Shown here in pieces: positions 27,460-36,589 of a DNA stretch of 54,935 bases. The position numbers and the translations under genes were made by a program. The notes below the pieces were generated by a model. It searched no databases. It was not told the DNA's origin and saw only the letters and a list, made by a program, of their open reading frames with translations. Source of the stretch: a virus (lineage: Duplodnaviria > Caudoviricetes); the IMG/VR virus record IMGVR_UViG_3300036771_000058, positions 1 to 54,935 of that record; one strand, given 5' to 3'. The first letter of the stretch is position 1. The number at the start of each line of letters is the position of its first letter.

Positions 27460-29499
27460 GTGCAGATAAAATTAAACAGGATAGGTAACAATGGATTCGG
27501 CAAAGATTTTAAGCAAGAACAAAATCAAAACTTAGATACTATAGAAAATGCATTTAACGGTATTCAAATAGACCCAAGCAACATTACCTTTCTCGATCGT
27601 GTGGATGCATTAGATCCTCAAAAGAAAATTAAGGCGAGTGCATTGTTTGATAGTGTACAGATCAACCATTTTAATGAAAAAACTGTAACTCGCGATTTCT
27701 ATCTTGTGGATGGAAAACCAATGGTAAGTGCAGGGAATTGTTATAGTGATTATATTCAAGTAGTCCCAGGTGAAAATGTATGGGCAACTCGATTATTAAC
27801 GATTGATGGCGGAGGAATGTATGACATCAATTTAAATTACGTCCAAAAGATAACCGGGAACAGCTCGAATTTATTAACAATACCATCAAACATTCGTTAC
27901 ATCAGGATTAATATTTCACCATCGATAAGTCCGTTAAGTTCATATATGATTGTATTAGGTTCGAATCCGCCGCCGACGTATCGTGATTATCATGTGGGGA
28001 AAATTAATGGATTACGAGTTGATACAGACCATTTAGATGGAACACTCTTACCAGAGCAAATGTCTGATGTTGAAATTCTTAATCTATTTGATGCTTCAGC
28101 TGTAACAAAAGATACTTATGTAGCTAATAACGGTATTGTTGTATCTTCAAGTGGAATTACACTTTCTCGATATATAAAAGTTAAAGCGGGAGAAATTATC
28201 GGGGCATCGCATAAGTACGAAAGTCAGGGTGGATATTACACATCAGAAAAGAAATGGATGAAACAGATTACGTTAGCAGAAAATGAAGCTGGATGGTTAA
28301 CAGAAACTGTACCTGATGGTGCAGAGTTCATAAGAGTCAATGTATTAAATAGTGCGTTTTCTACTTATATGTTAACGAAATCGTTTAAAAAGCCAACAGC
28401 ATATTCACCGTATCGGATTCGTCCTAAATGGTTGCGGAATAAGTCAGAAGTTCCTGTTATTCAACCAGAACAATTAGCTGGTATAGAAGCCTTAAATTTA
28501 TACGATGATTCCGCGGCAACAAAAGAAGCTATATCTAATACAGGGGTAACATCACCTAGTGAAATCATAAAATTATCTAGACTTATTGTAGTGAATCCAG
28601 GTGAAACGTTAGGGTGTAATTATAATTACGCTCAACCTGGAGTGTTTCTTGATGATGAGCAAAGATGGATTAAGAAAGTTGATTTTACTGAAAGTGAGAC
28701 TGGATGGTTTACCACTACAGTTCCAGAAAATACTCGTTATATTAGAGTTAACGTTGTTGTAAGCAATATACCAAACTATATTCTTAAAAAATCGATAGCA
28801 AAGCCTAAAGGTTATGTTCCTTATGGATTCCAAATCCCGTGGGCTGTTATGACTACGAATAAATTGCTAGGTAAATTGATTGCAACCTTTGGTGATAGTA
28901 TAACTTGGCTTGATGGTAAAACAGTCCCTGAATATGATAACGGTAATACTGTGATTAAAGGGTATCAATATTACATGCGAAAAGCTGGGGCTACAGTTGA
29001 TAATTTCGGTCATAGCGGAGCTACTCTTGCACGTTCTGGCATTAGTGGTGTTGGATGTATTCTTGATGATATTAAAACTCAAGATTTAACGAAATACGAT
29101 GTTATTACAATTGCTGGCGGAACCAATGATGTTGGACAAGGTATTAACTTTGGTGTTGTTGGAGCAGAGGAAGATACGATATTTGACGAAATAACAACAT
29201 TTGGAGCGTTACGTGCAGCTATTGAATATATACGTTTGAAAAATCCAAAATGCAGAATTTATATTTGTACACCAATTCGATCAGGAAGAGATACAAGACC
29301 AAGCGCCAAAATGGAAGAAGTGTCAGAAGGCATACGTAAAATTGCTAAAATGTATTCTTGTCCTCTTGTTGATATGCATGCAGAAAGCGGCATAGGAAAA
29401 GGGAATTACGCGACATTTTTATATGATCTCCTACACCCTAATAATGATGGTTTCCGAGTGATGGGTGAATATTTTGTAGGGCAAATTACTGCTAAATAA
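27460..29499 (+). CDS. Receptor-binding / tailspike protein with three internal repeats and a C-terminal SGNH esterase
   Basis: Repeats NxF/YD...YIRV/IN; FGDSIT, GTND and DLLHPN catalytic motifs. Confidence 0.8.
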   Translation: MQIKLNRIGNNGFGKDFKQEQNQNLDTIENAFNGIQIDPSNITFLDRVDALDPQKKIKASALFDSVQINHFNEKTVTRDFYLVDGKPMVSAGNCYSDYIQVVPGENVWATRLLTIDGGGMYDINLNYVQKITGNSSNLLTIPSNIRYIRINISPSISPLSSYMIVLGSNPPPTYRDYHVGKINGLRVDTDHLDGTLLPEQMSDVEILNLFDASAVTKDTYVANNGIVVSSSGITLSRYIKVKAGEIIGASHKYESQGGYYTSEKKWMKQITLAENEAGWLTETVPDGAEFIRVNVLNSAFSTYMLTKSFKKPTAYSPYRIRPKWLRNKSEVPVIQPEQLAGIEALNLYDDSAATKEAISNTGVTSPSEIIKLSRLIVVNPGETLGCNYNYAQPGVFLDDEQRWIKKVDFTESETGWFTTTVPENTRYIRVNVVVSNIPNYILKKSIAKPKGYVPYGFQIPWAVMTTNKLLGKLIATFGDSITWLDGKTVPEYDNGNTVIKGYQYYMRKAGATVDNFGHSGATLARSGISGVGCILDDIKTQDLTKYDVITIAGGTNDVGQGINFGVVGAEEDTIFDEITTFGALRAAIEYIRLKNPKCRIYICTPIRSGRDTRPSAKMEEVSEGIRKIAKMYSCPLVDMHAESGIGKGNYATFLYDLLHPNNDGFRVMGEYFVGQITAK

Positions 29500-29593
29500 G
29501 AGGTGATAATTTGAAACATATCGGTGGAAAAAATTGATTAAACATCTTTTAATAGGTTAATATTTGTATATAGATTTATTTTAGGAGGAAAAT

Positions 29594-30445
29594 ATGAATA
29601 AGTTTAGTGCAATATTAATTACAGTTGTGTTTCTAGCAACAATTATAGTAGGTAAAATTTATTATGATGGTAAAGTCAAAGCTGATGTTCAAAAAGCACA
29701 AAAAGACAGTCAAGTTGAAGGGAAAAAGAAAAAAGACGAAGTAAAAGAAAAAATCAATGAGTCTAAAAAAGAAATTTCAGAGCGGATATCTCCTGAAATA
29801 AGAACCGAACTAAATTTGATACCGTATAAAACAAAGGCTATAGAAAAACTAGATAAGGGAGAAAAAGCAACTATAGTCTTTCTAGGTGATTCGACAACAG
29901 AACAGAATTTCCAAACAAACGGAAAACCTGGTCATGTATCGATTATAAATGACTTTTTGAAAACTACTTATGGTTCGGATGTAGTTAATGTTGTTAATGC
30001 AGGAGTATCTGGTAATACAATTATTGATATGTCTGCACGAATTGATAAGGTTATTAACATTAATCCTGATTTAGTTGTTATAAATTCTGGATTAAATGAC
30101 GCAGGTAGAAAAATATCTAATGAAGAATTCGAAACAAAATACAAGTGGACAATTGAACAGATACAACAGAAAACTAATGCTCAAATCTTATTAAGAACTT
30201 CTAATAAAGTAATGGAGTCTGATTCAGTTAATAAACGATTAGAAAAAGATATAAATCCAATTGTAAAAAAATTATCCGATGAAAATAAGACAGGGTTTAT
30301 AGATTTGTATAGTTATTATAGCTATCAAATAACAAATCTTGGTGTGCCATTTAATAGTATAAATAATGATAATTTTCATCCAAACGAAAAAGGACAACAA
30401 ATAATTGCTGATTTATTACTGTATACATTACTTGGCGATAACTAA
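29594..30445 (+). CDS. Membrane-anchored SGNH/GDSL esterase (moron)
   Basis: N-terminal TM helix; LGDSTT, NAGVSG, GLND, DNFHPN; upstream spacer with sigA-like elements. Confidence 0.85.
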   Translation: MNKFSAILITVVFLATIIVGKIYYDGKVKADVQKAQKDSQVEGKKKKDEVKEKINESKKEISERISPEIRTELNLIPYKTKAIEKLDKGEKATIVFLGDSTTEQNFQTNGKPGHVSIINDFLKTTYGSDVVNVVNAGVSGNTIIDMSARIDKVININPDLVVINSGLNDAGRKISNEEFETKYKWTIEQIQQKTNAQILLRTSNKVMESDSVNKRLEKDINPIVKKLSDENKTGFIDLYSYYSYQITNLGVPFNSINNDNFHPNEKGQQIIADLLLYTLLGDN

Positions 30446-30535
30446 AAGAGTGTTTTTTTAATAAGATATGACTTATATAACAAAACGAAGCGTGCTTATA
30501 GCATGCTTTTTATTTTGCATAAGGGAGTGAAAATA

Positions 30536-30775
30536 ATGGCTGAATTAAAACACGATGATATGAAAGAGCTACTCGTAGGACTAACGAGGGTTGAAACAAA
30601 GTTGGACACACTTGGCAATGTAAAAGAAGTCGCAATTGAAGCACAGCAATCAGCAAAAAGCGCGCATATGCGTGTAGACAGATTGGATAAGCTAGTGTTT
30701 TGGCTTGGGACAACAGTTATAGGCGCCGTGATTGTAGGAGCGATTACGGCGCTATTTAAATTTGGTGGAAAGTAG
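30536..30775 (+). CDS. XhlA-like hemolysin / lysis protein
   Basis: LTRVETKLD...SAKSAH.RVD.L followed by a C-terminal TM helix. Confidence 0.75.
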   Translation: MAELKHDDMKELLVGLTRVETKLDTLGNVKEVAIEAQQSAKSAHMRVDRLDKLVFWLGTTVIGAVIVGAITALFKFGGK

Positions 30776-30783
30776 GGATTAAC

Positions 30784-30990
30784 ATGTCAAAAGAAAATAT
30801 CAAAAAACGATTCCGCAACTGGAAAACATGGGTTGCGGTTTTTTCTTTGCTTGGATTTTTGTTTACTAAATTCGGAGTTCCTGAAGCTAAAAGCTTCCTA
30901 GATGAATTGGCACCTTATTTGCTGTCAGTTGGTATCGCACTTGGTATTTGGTCTGATCATGATGTAAATAGTGAAGGAGCGGATAAATAA
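30784..30990 (+). CDS. Holin
   Basis: KKRFRNWKTWVA, two TM segments, directly before the endolysin. Confidence 0.85.
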   Translation: MSKENIKKRFRNWKTWVAVFSLLGFLFTKFGVPEAKSFLDELAPYLLSVGIALGIWSDHDVNSEGADK

Positions 30991-31820
30991 TGGGTCACAT
31001 TGTAGATATTTCAAAATGGAACGGTAATATTAATTGGGATGTAGCAGCGCCACAACTTGATTTAGCAATTTGTCGTGTTCAATACGGTTCAAAGAAAGTG
31101 GATGAATGGTATCAACGTTATGTAGCGAAATTAGAAGAATACGGTGTACCTCATGCAGCATATGCTTATGGATGTTATATCAGTGTGAATGATGCAATTG
31201 TGGAAGCGGATGATTTTATGGCTCGTACAAGCCCAAACGCTAAATTCCTTGTTCTTGATGTTGAAGATGATACATTGCAATCATGTGGAGCTGATAATCT
31301 TGCCACAGCATCTCAAGCGTTTATCGATCGCTGTAAGTCAAAAGGATGGAAAGTCGGGTTATATGTAAGCAATCATATGTATACCAAATATGGTTTAAAT
31401 GGATTAAAAGCTGATTTCCTTTGGATTCCACGTTATGGTGGTAAAGAACCAGCTTATGCTTGCGATATCTGGCAATATACTGAAACAGGTAATGTTCCTG
31501 GTATCGGGAAATGTGATTTGAATTACCTTGTAGGAAGCAAATCTTTATCTTGGTTTACAGAAGAGAAACAACAGGAACAATCTGTTGCAAATGGTGGCTA
31601 CCAATATGTTAAGTCTGGTGGTTTTGGCATTTCATTGGTCCAGGAAGTCGCAAACGCCATGAATGAGCGTGGAATTAAAGGAGAGGTTGTCTCTGATCCA
31701 TTAACTGGTGTAGCGTACTTACAAACGGAAGTATTACCTAATACTGAGCTAGATAAAATTACTTGGTGGATGGATACTAGACCAGGTGGAAAATGGTTTT
31801 ACGAGTACATTAAAAAATAA
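30990..31820 (+). CDS. Endolysin: GH25 muramidase plus Amidase02_C-type cell-wall-binding domain (PlyB-like)
   Basis: VDISKWNG, LDVE, WQYT; C-terminal KSGGFG domain. Confidence 0.92.
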   Translation: MGHIVDISKWNGNINWDVAAPQLDLAICRVQYGSKKVDEWYQRYVAKLEEYGVPHAAYAYGCYISVNDAIVEADDFMARTSPNAKFLVLDVEDDTLQSCGADNLATASQAFIDRCKSKGWKVGLYVSNHMYTKYGLNGLKADFLWIPRYGGKEPAYACDIWQYTETGNVPGIGKCDLNYLVGSKSLSWFTEEKQQEQSVANGGYQYVKSGGFGISLVQEVANAMNERGIKGEVVSDPLTGVAYLQTEVLPNTELDKITWWMDTRPGGKWFYEYIKK

Positions 31821-31854
31821 ACAGTGAAAGCCGTCCTTAATTGGGCGGCTTTTT

Positions 31855-32208
31855 TTAGTTTATACTCACTAATTCATTAAATCTAAACTCAGTATTTAAT
31901 CCGAAAGCATCCGTACAATACACGGTTTTGAGCATCGGTTCAATATGTAAAACATTTATGTACATATCTTGAATCATACCATCACGATAAAATGAAATTG
32001 ATATATCTTCTTTACTCTGCATCGAGTGAATAAGACTACGTTCAATTTGTTCTTTCATATCTTCAGAAACTATTGGTTTTGGTATTGTATTTAACTCATT
32101 AAGTATTTCTCTAATCCCTACGAACTGCTCCGGCATACTGGCGAAAGGCTGCCATTTTACCATGCCTCTCCCGCGTAATTTCGGCGTTCCCCAATTTACA
32201 TTTTCCAT
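31855..32208 (-). CDS. YolD-like protein
   Basis: RGMVKWQPFASMPEQ motif; ATG at 32208 with RBS GAGGT. Confidence 0.85.
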   Translation of the reverse strand: MENVNWGTPKLRGRGMVKWQPFASMPEQFVGIREILNELNTIPKPIVSEDMKEQIERSLIHSMQSKEDISISFYRDGMIQDMYINVLHIEPMLKTVYCTDAFGLNTEFRFNELVSIN

Positions 32209-32247
32209 GATGATACCTCGATTCGTGTAATTTAAGTTCATTATACA

Positions 32248-32260
32248 CGAACGTGCGTTC
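32248..32260. promoter_or_regulatory. LexA/DinR SOS box upstream of the yolD-like gene
   Basis: CGAACgtgcGTTC next to a minus-strand TATAAT at 32245-32240. Confidence 0.8.
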
Positions 32261-32263
32261 TTT

Positions 32264-32503
32264 TTAAACAACTTCTTCTGAGTTGTTGTTCTCCTCTAAT
32301 GTCTTGTTTAAAAATTCTATTCGTCGTTGGATAAATTCAATTTCGCTTCGGCGAGCTGCATTATATCCTTTAAAATGACCTTTTGCATAGCCATCAGCAG
32401 CTTCTATTTCCTTTTCAAAATCATTAATGTTATCTGTTAAGAATCGAATACGTTCATTCATTATTTCTATGAAATATTCAACGGATTTTCGCTCCATATC
32501 CAT
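32264..32503 (-). CDS. Hypothetical coiled-coil protein
   Basis: ORF with RBS AAGGAG. Confidence 0.6.
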   Translation of the reverse strand: MDMERKSVEYFIEIMNERIRFLTDNINDFEKEIEAADGYAKGHFKGYNAARRSEIEFIQRRIEFLNKTLEENNNSEEVV

Positions 32504-32537
32504 ACAGCTCCTTTTTTTGTAAAATCACAATATTGTT

Positions 32538-32780
32538 TTACATATCCCAAAAATCATGTTCATCTACATTCTTCCCCAATTTCTTCAAACCTTTAACGAT
32601 TTGAATAATCGTTGAAAACTTCGGTCTATATTTTTTATCATTACACACTTTAGAAATTGTGGCTGTACTTAGTTTTGATGTTCTTTCTAATTCAATTTGT
32701 GCTATTCCATTACGATCAAGATAGTGACCAAACTTTGTACGCTTTTTCCCCAATCCAAACACGTTTATCACCTCATCCAC
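32538..32780 (-). CDS. XRE-family HTH protein (likely GTG start MFGLGKKR)
   Basis: IAQIELERTSKLSTATISKVC helix-turn-helix. Confidence 0.75.
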   Translation of the reverse strand: MDEVINVFGLGKKRTKFGHYLDRNGIAQIELERTSKLSTATISKVCNDKKYRPKFSTIIQIVKGLKKLGKNVDEHDFWDM

Positions 32781-32855
32781 ATCTTGACCTATTTCTTACT
32801 TTTTTAAACTAATGCAAAAAAATAAGAAATTGCCCAAGCTGTACACCATATGCTT

Positions 32856-32987
32856 TATCAAGGTCGCTACCAAAGTAGCTATCAAACTTGTTATCAAAGC
32901 AGCTACCAAAGTAAATAGCTTAATCGCTATCAAGGTAACTAGTATTTGTACTATCAAAGTAGCTATCAAGTTAGCTATCAAAGTAAC
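32856..32987 (+). repeat. Eleven tandem degenerate 12-mers, consensus TATCAAAGTAGC
   Basis: Read directly in exact 12-nt phase. Confidence 0.9.
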
Positions 32988-33061
32988 ACTACCAAGGTTT
33001 TGAGGCGTTAAACCCATATATCATAAGTGTTTAAAATTCTGTTTATAAAGGGGAGTTTTAT

Positions 33062-33256
33062 ATGTTAACTACATTTATTTCATTAGGAGCTTTAGGAGTA
33101 ACTACAATTGGTGGGGCGATATTAGAGAAGCATCTTGTAAAGAATGATCACGTTGCAGCAGCTAAACTTTTAAGCGATGGAATGTATCACGGAATGAGGA
33201 TAGGTGGGGTTTGTTTCATCGGTTATGTATTTATCAAAATCTTAATCATGTTCTAG
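33062..33256 (+). CDS. Small membrane protein
   Basis: Two hydrophobic segments; RBS AGGGGAG. Confidence 0.7.
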   Translation: MLTTFISLGALGVTTIGGAILEKHLVKNDHVAAAKLLSDGMYHGMRIGGVCFIGYVFIKILIMF

Positions 33257-33266
33257 GAGGTGTCAC

Positions 33267-34433
33267 ATGGGAATCATCAAAGAGTGGCTTCATAAACAAA
33301 GTTTAAAGCATCAACTTATAGAGGTATTTGGAAAAGCAGGTTTATATGTGGACCATCAAACGCGTGGCGGTAAAGTACCAATCTATCCAAAGATACATGC
33401 TATTTCCTCCACACAAGAAAGTGTTAGATATATATTCACCATTCCCAATGGTTTGGATCCTAAGACCATCGAAAAGAAATGGTTTTGTTTTCAACAAATA
33501 CTAGGACGGAACGTTGCAATAGAAGGAGATATCAAAAAGTTTGTACTAAACGTATTTCATTCAGATGCAGGTTTACAATCGTACAATTACAGTTATAAAA
33601 AATGGCTGCCGTTACTAAAACAACATCGTCTTCCTGTTGTAGTAGGTCGGGACCAATTTGGCAATATGATTGTGTATGACATGGTTGAAGCAAATACACC
33701 GCATTTATTAATAGCAGGAGAAACGGGAAGTGGTAAAAGTAGTATGGTGCGCGTTGTGCTGTCCACACTTATTCAATGCATGTCACCTGATAAATTACAT
33801 TTGTACTTAGGAGACTTAAAGAATTCTGAATTTCATTTCTTGCGAAGAGTGAAACACGTAAAAGAAGTGTGCATGGAAGAAATCGAAATGAAGATAATGT
33901 TGCAGAAAGTGTGGAAGGAAATACGTGAACGCAGAAAACTAATGGAAGAGTATGAAGTGGATCATATTGATGAATATAACAAATTAAATCCTGATAATCA
34001 GAAACCGTATATCTTACTTGCTATCGATGAAGTAGCAATGCTACAAGATGAAAAAGAGTGTATGACCACAATAGAAAAGATATCGGCAGTTGGTAGGGCG
34101 TTGGGTGTCTTTCTTATGCTTTCTATGCAACGTCCTGATGCAAAAGTATTAGATGGTAAGTTAAAGTTGAATATGACAGTAAGAATGGGTTTTAAATGCG
34201 ATAGTACGATTAACAGTAACATCATGGGTACACCTGGTTCAGAACAATTAGAACAATCAGGCCAAATGATTTTAAAGCTAAACGGACTAAAGAAAGCGCA
34301 AGCTCCCTATTTAGAATTAAGTAAGGCGAAACAAATTGTTGAACCATCTCGCATACCAAAAGAGGATATGACAATTCAGAATCCTCCACAGGAAGAGATT
34401 CCATTGTTCGGGGTGTTGGAAGATGAGGAATAG
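33267..34433 (+). CDS. FtsK/SpoIIIE-family ATPase
   Basis: PHLLIAGETGSGKS, IDEVA, GRALG, QRP motifs. Confidence 0.92.
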   Translation: MGIIKEWLHKQSLKHQLIEVFGKAGLYVDHQTRGGKVPIYPKIHAISSTQESVRYIFTIPNGLDPKTIEKKWFCFQQILGRNVAIEGDIKKFVLNVFHSDAGLQSYNYSYKKWLPLLKQHRLPVVVGRDQFGNMIVYDMVEANTPHLLIAGETGSGKSSMVRVVLSTLIQCMSPDKLHLYLGDLKNSEFHFLRRVKHVKEVCMEEIEMKIMLQKVWKEIRERRKLMEEYEVDHIDEYNKLNPDNQKPYILLAIDEVAMLQDEKECMTTIEKISAVGRALGVFLMLSMQRPDAKVLDGKLKLNMTVRMGFKCDSTINSNIMGTPGSEQLEQSGQMILKLNGLKKAQAPYLELSKAKQIVEPSRIPKEDMTIQNPPQEEIPLFGVLEDEE

Positions 34434-35031
34434 AGATAAAGCGATACTAAGCGATTTGAAACGTTTTAGATGTATGTCTCGTGATGACATTGTTGATTTG
34501 CATTTTCAAGGATTAAAGAATTCAGTTACTTGCTGTAATACGGTGATGAAACGATTAAGAAGAGATGGTCATGTAGATGCCAATGTTTCGCAGCAGCCGT
34601 ATATATATTTCCCTCAACCTAGCACCCTACGAAAAACTAGCCAAAAGATTCCCCACTTCCTCGGCATTGTAGATGTATATAAACAGCTTATCCATTATGA
34701 AAAACCGAAACTATTTAAAGTTGAACCGAAGTACGGAAAAGAATTTATGGAACCCGATGCATTTACAATTTGGCGTAGATCTCCATTCTTCATTGAGGTC
34801 CAGAAGTCAGTTTACAGTAAAAAGATTATGCAAGATAAAATCAACAGGTATGAATTATACTTCCGCAGTCAGGAATGGCATAACGAATCATGGCAGCCGA
34901 GAGGATCTAAGTTCTTCCCCTCAATCCTCATCATTACTGATAAGCAGTATGATATTAACTCTTCTAACTTGCGTATCTTTCAATTTTCTTCAATTAGCAA
35001 TTTCATGGATAGTCTTGCGACAAAAACATAG
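34423..35031 (+). CDS. Replication-relaxation (Replic_Relax) family protein
   Basis: wHTH N-terminus, H, PDAF, FIEVQ, KINRY motifs; coupled to the FtsK gene. Confidence 0.75.
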   Translation: MRNRDKAILSDLKRFRCMSRDDIVDLHFQGLKNSVTCCNTVMKRLRRDGHVDANVSQQPYIYFPQPSTLRKTSQKIPHFLGIVDVYKQLIHYEKPKLFKVEPKYGKEFMEPDAFTIWRRSPFFIEVQKSVYSKKIMQDKINRYELYFRSQEWHNESWQPRGSKFFPSILIITDKQYDINSSNLRIFQFSSISNFMDSLATKT

Positions 35032-35169
35032 TAACTCTTCCTTAACTAAACAGCACACCCAGTTGTACGGTCGAAGCTAGGCAGAGTTACGATGGTAACA
35101 GACAATATATATGTTATGAGTGAAAAAATAAATATAGAATAAGAGTCCCTAATTGGGGCTTTTTTATTA

Positions 35170-35198
35170 GCAGGATTTTTTTCACCATCATTGAATAC
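35170..35198 (+). promoter_or_regulatory. sigH-like promoter
   Basis: GCAGGATTT-11nt-ATTGAAT matches RNAGGAWWW-(11-12)-RNNGAAT. Confidence 0.6.
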
Positions 35199-35223
35199 TG
35201 TCACTAGGAGGTGTCGTGACGTT

Positions 35224-35814
35224 ATGACGGACGAAATTGTTTATTCTGCTAGTGAAGTATACAAGCGACTAGGGATAAGTGATAGCACCCTTAGAAAGTA
35301 CATGGAAGTATTGCAAAGAGAGAAATTCGTTGTAAAGAAAGATAATCGTGGCAGACGCCAATATTCAGAGCATGACGTTATGGTGATTGAGAAATTAATT
35401 GAGATTAGTAAGCATGACGGTATGACGTTAGAAAAGGCAGCGAAGATGATTGCACAGCGATTAGAAATCGCCAATCCAAATGCGGAGACAGAGGAATCCC
35501 AAGAAACGGATCTAATCCCATTCCACATTCAACAGCAATTACAACAGCAGTACAGCGTAATGGCGCAAGAAATGAATCAGAACATGTTAGCTATGGAGAA
35601 GCGACTGAGTGAGCAGGCAAAGCAAAGCAACGAGGAAATCAAGGCGAGTATAGAATCGCATAATGAACGAGTGGAGAAACGATTGGAAGCACGGGATGAG
35701 AAGCTTATGAAGACGCTACGTGAGATGCAGGAAGCGAAGAGATTAATGCAGGAATTTCGGGATGAAGTCGCTGCTGCGAAAGAGAAGAAAAAGCCGTGGT
35801 GGAAGTTCTGGTGA
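35224..35814 (+). CDS. MerR-type HTH + coiled-coil protein (DUF3967 / RacA / TubY-like)
   Basis: [11 protein letters not shown]...GRRQYS HTH, long coiled coil, C-terminal KKKPWWKFW. Confidence 0.75.
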   Translation: MTDEIVYSASEVYKRLGISDSTLRKYMEVLQREKFVVKKDNRGRRQYSEHDVMVIEKLIEISKHDGMTLEKAAKMIAQRLEIANPNAETEESQETDLIPFHIQQQLQQQYSVMAQEMNQNMLAMEKRLSEQAKQSNEEIKASIESHNERVEKRLEARDEKLMKTLREMQEAKRLMQEFRDEVAAAKEKKKPWWKFW

Positions 35815-35857
35815 GAATCTAATTACTTAAAACAATAAGCCCTACAGAAAGCAGGGC

Positions 35858-36130
35858 TTATTTTTGTATAGACATTATGTCATTTAGGTTATTTTGTTCA
35901 TTTGAATTCAACTTATTAGCGATATAGTAATCTAACATTTCATCAATAAGCTCGTAATTTTTCATGTCTTTCATTGTGCAGATGGCTTTTATTTTATTCA
36001 GTGTTTCAGGCGATACTTTTATGTTTTTTCTGTCTGTTGTTGACAAGGACTTCTTTTCCTTTGTTACAGGATTATTTTGAACAGGTACAGGTGTTACAGT
36101 CACTAAGTATTGCTTATCCAAATTAATCAC
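35858..36130 (-). CDS. Ribbon-helix-helix-like protein
   Basis: RKNIKVSPETLNKIKAI...YELIDEM; resembles the C-terminus of 36230-36589. Confidence 0.65.
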   Translation of the reverse strand: MINLDKQYLVTVTPVPVQNNPVTKEKKSLSTTDRKNIKVSPETLNKIKAICTMKDMKNYELIDEMLDYYIANKLNSNEQNNLNDIMSIQK

Positions 36131-36136
36131 CTCTAG

Positions 36137-36192
36137 TTATATTTTTATAAAATTATAATCTTATACTTTTATAATTTTATAAATTTATAAAT
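36137..36192. repeat. Centromere-like array: seven tandem 8-mers TTATAnnn
   Basis: Read directly in 8-nt phase. Confidence 0.8.
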
Positions 36193-36229
36193 GCGTTTAT
36201 GTAGATAGGAATAAAGTTTAACTTCATTC

Positions 36230-36589
36230 CTATTCTCGATTTTTCTTCGATTCAAGCACTTGTTTTACAGCGTTTTTTACTAACTTTTGTTTTGGTGTAG
36301 GTAACGAAGCAACTTTTTCTTCAATTAACATATTTATTACTTCATAAATTTTCATATCTTCAATTGTAGCAAGTGTTGATATTGCTGTGTGTGTTTCTAA
36401 TGAAACCCGGAAAGATTTTGGTAACTCTTTTGTAGTGAGTTTTCTCTTAGGTTTTTCAAAGAGCTTATCATCGTCAGGAAAACTACGTTCTTGATTTTCT
36501 TTACTTTCTGGTGTAAAGGTTACTGACCCTTCAGTTTTCTTTCTTCTCATACCGAGCTGTTCTTTGTCTATATTCAATTTGTTATCCAT
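36230..36589 (-). CDS. Centromere-binding protein (type Ib, RHH)
   Basis: Coupled to parA; KSFRVSLETHTAISTL. Confidence 0.7.
   Translation of the reverse strand: MDNKLNIDKEQLGMRRKKTEGSVTFTPESKENQERSFPDDDKLFEKPKRKLTTKELPKSFRVSLETHTAISTLATIEDMKIYEVINMLIEEKVASLPTPKQKLVKNAVKQVLESKKNRE

Noticed and set aside
27460-29499. Diversity-generating retroelement acting on the tail protein
   Set aside because: No reverse transcriptase and no TR/VR pair; the internal repeats are protein-level and divergent
32856-32987. Possible CRISPR array
   Set aside because: Units are 12 bp and directly tandem, with no unique spacers and no cas genes in the window
32796-33017. ORFs on both strands encoding IATL/AIKV repeats
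   Set aside because: They follow automatically from a stop-free 12-bp repeat and have no convincing RBS; treated as a DNA repeat
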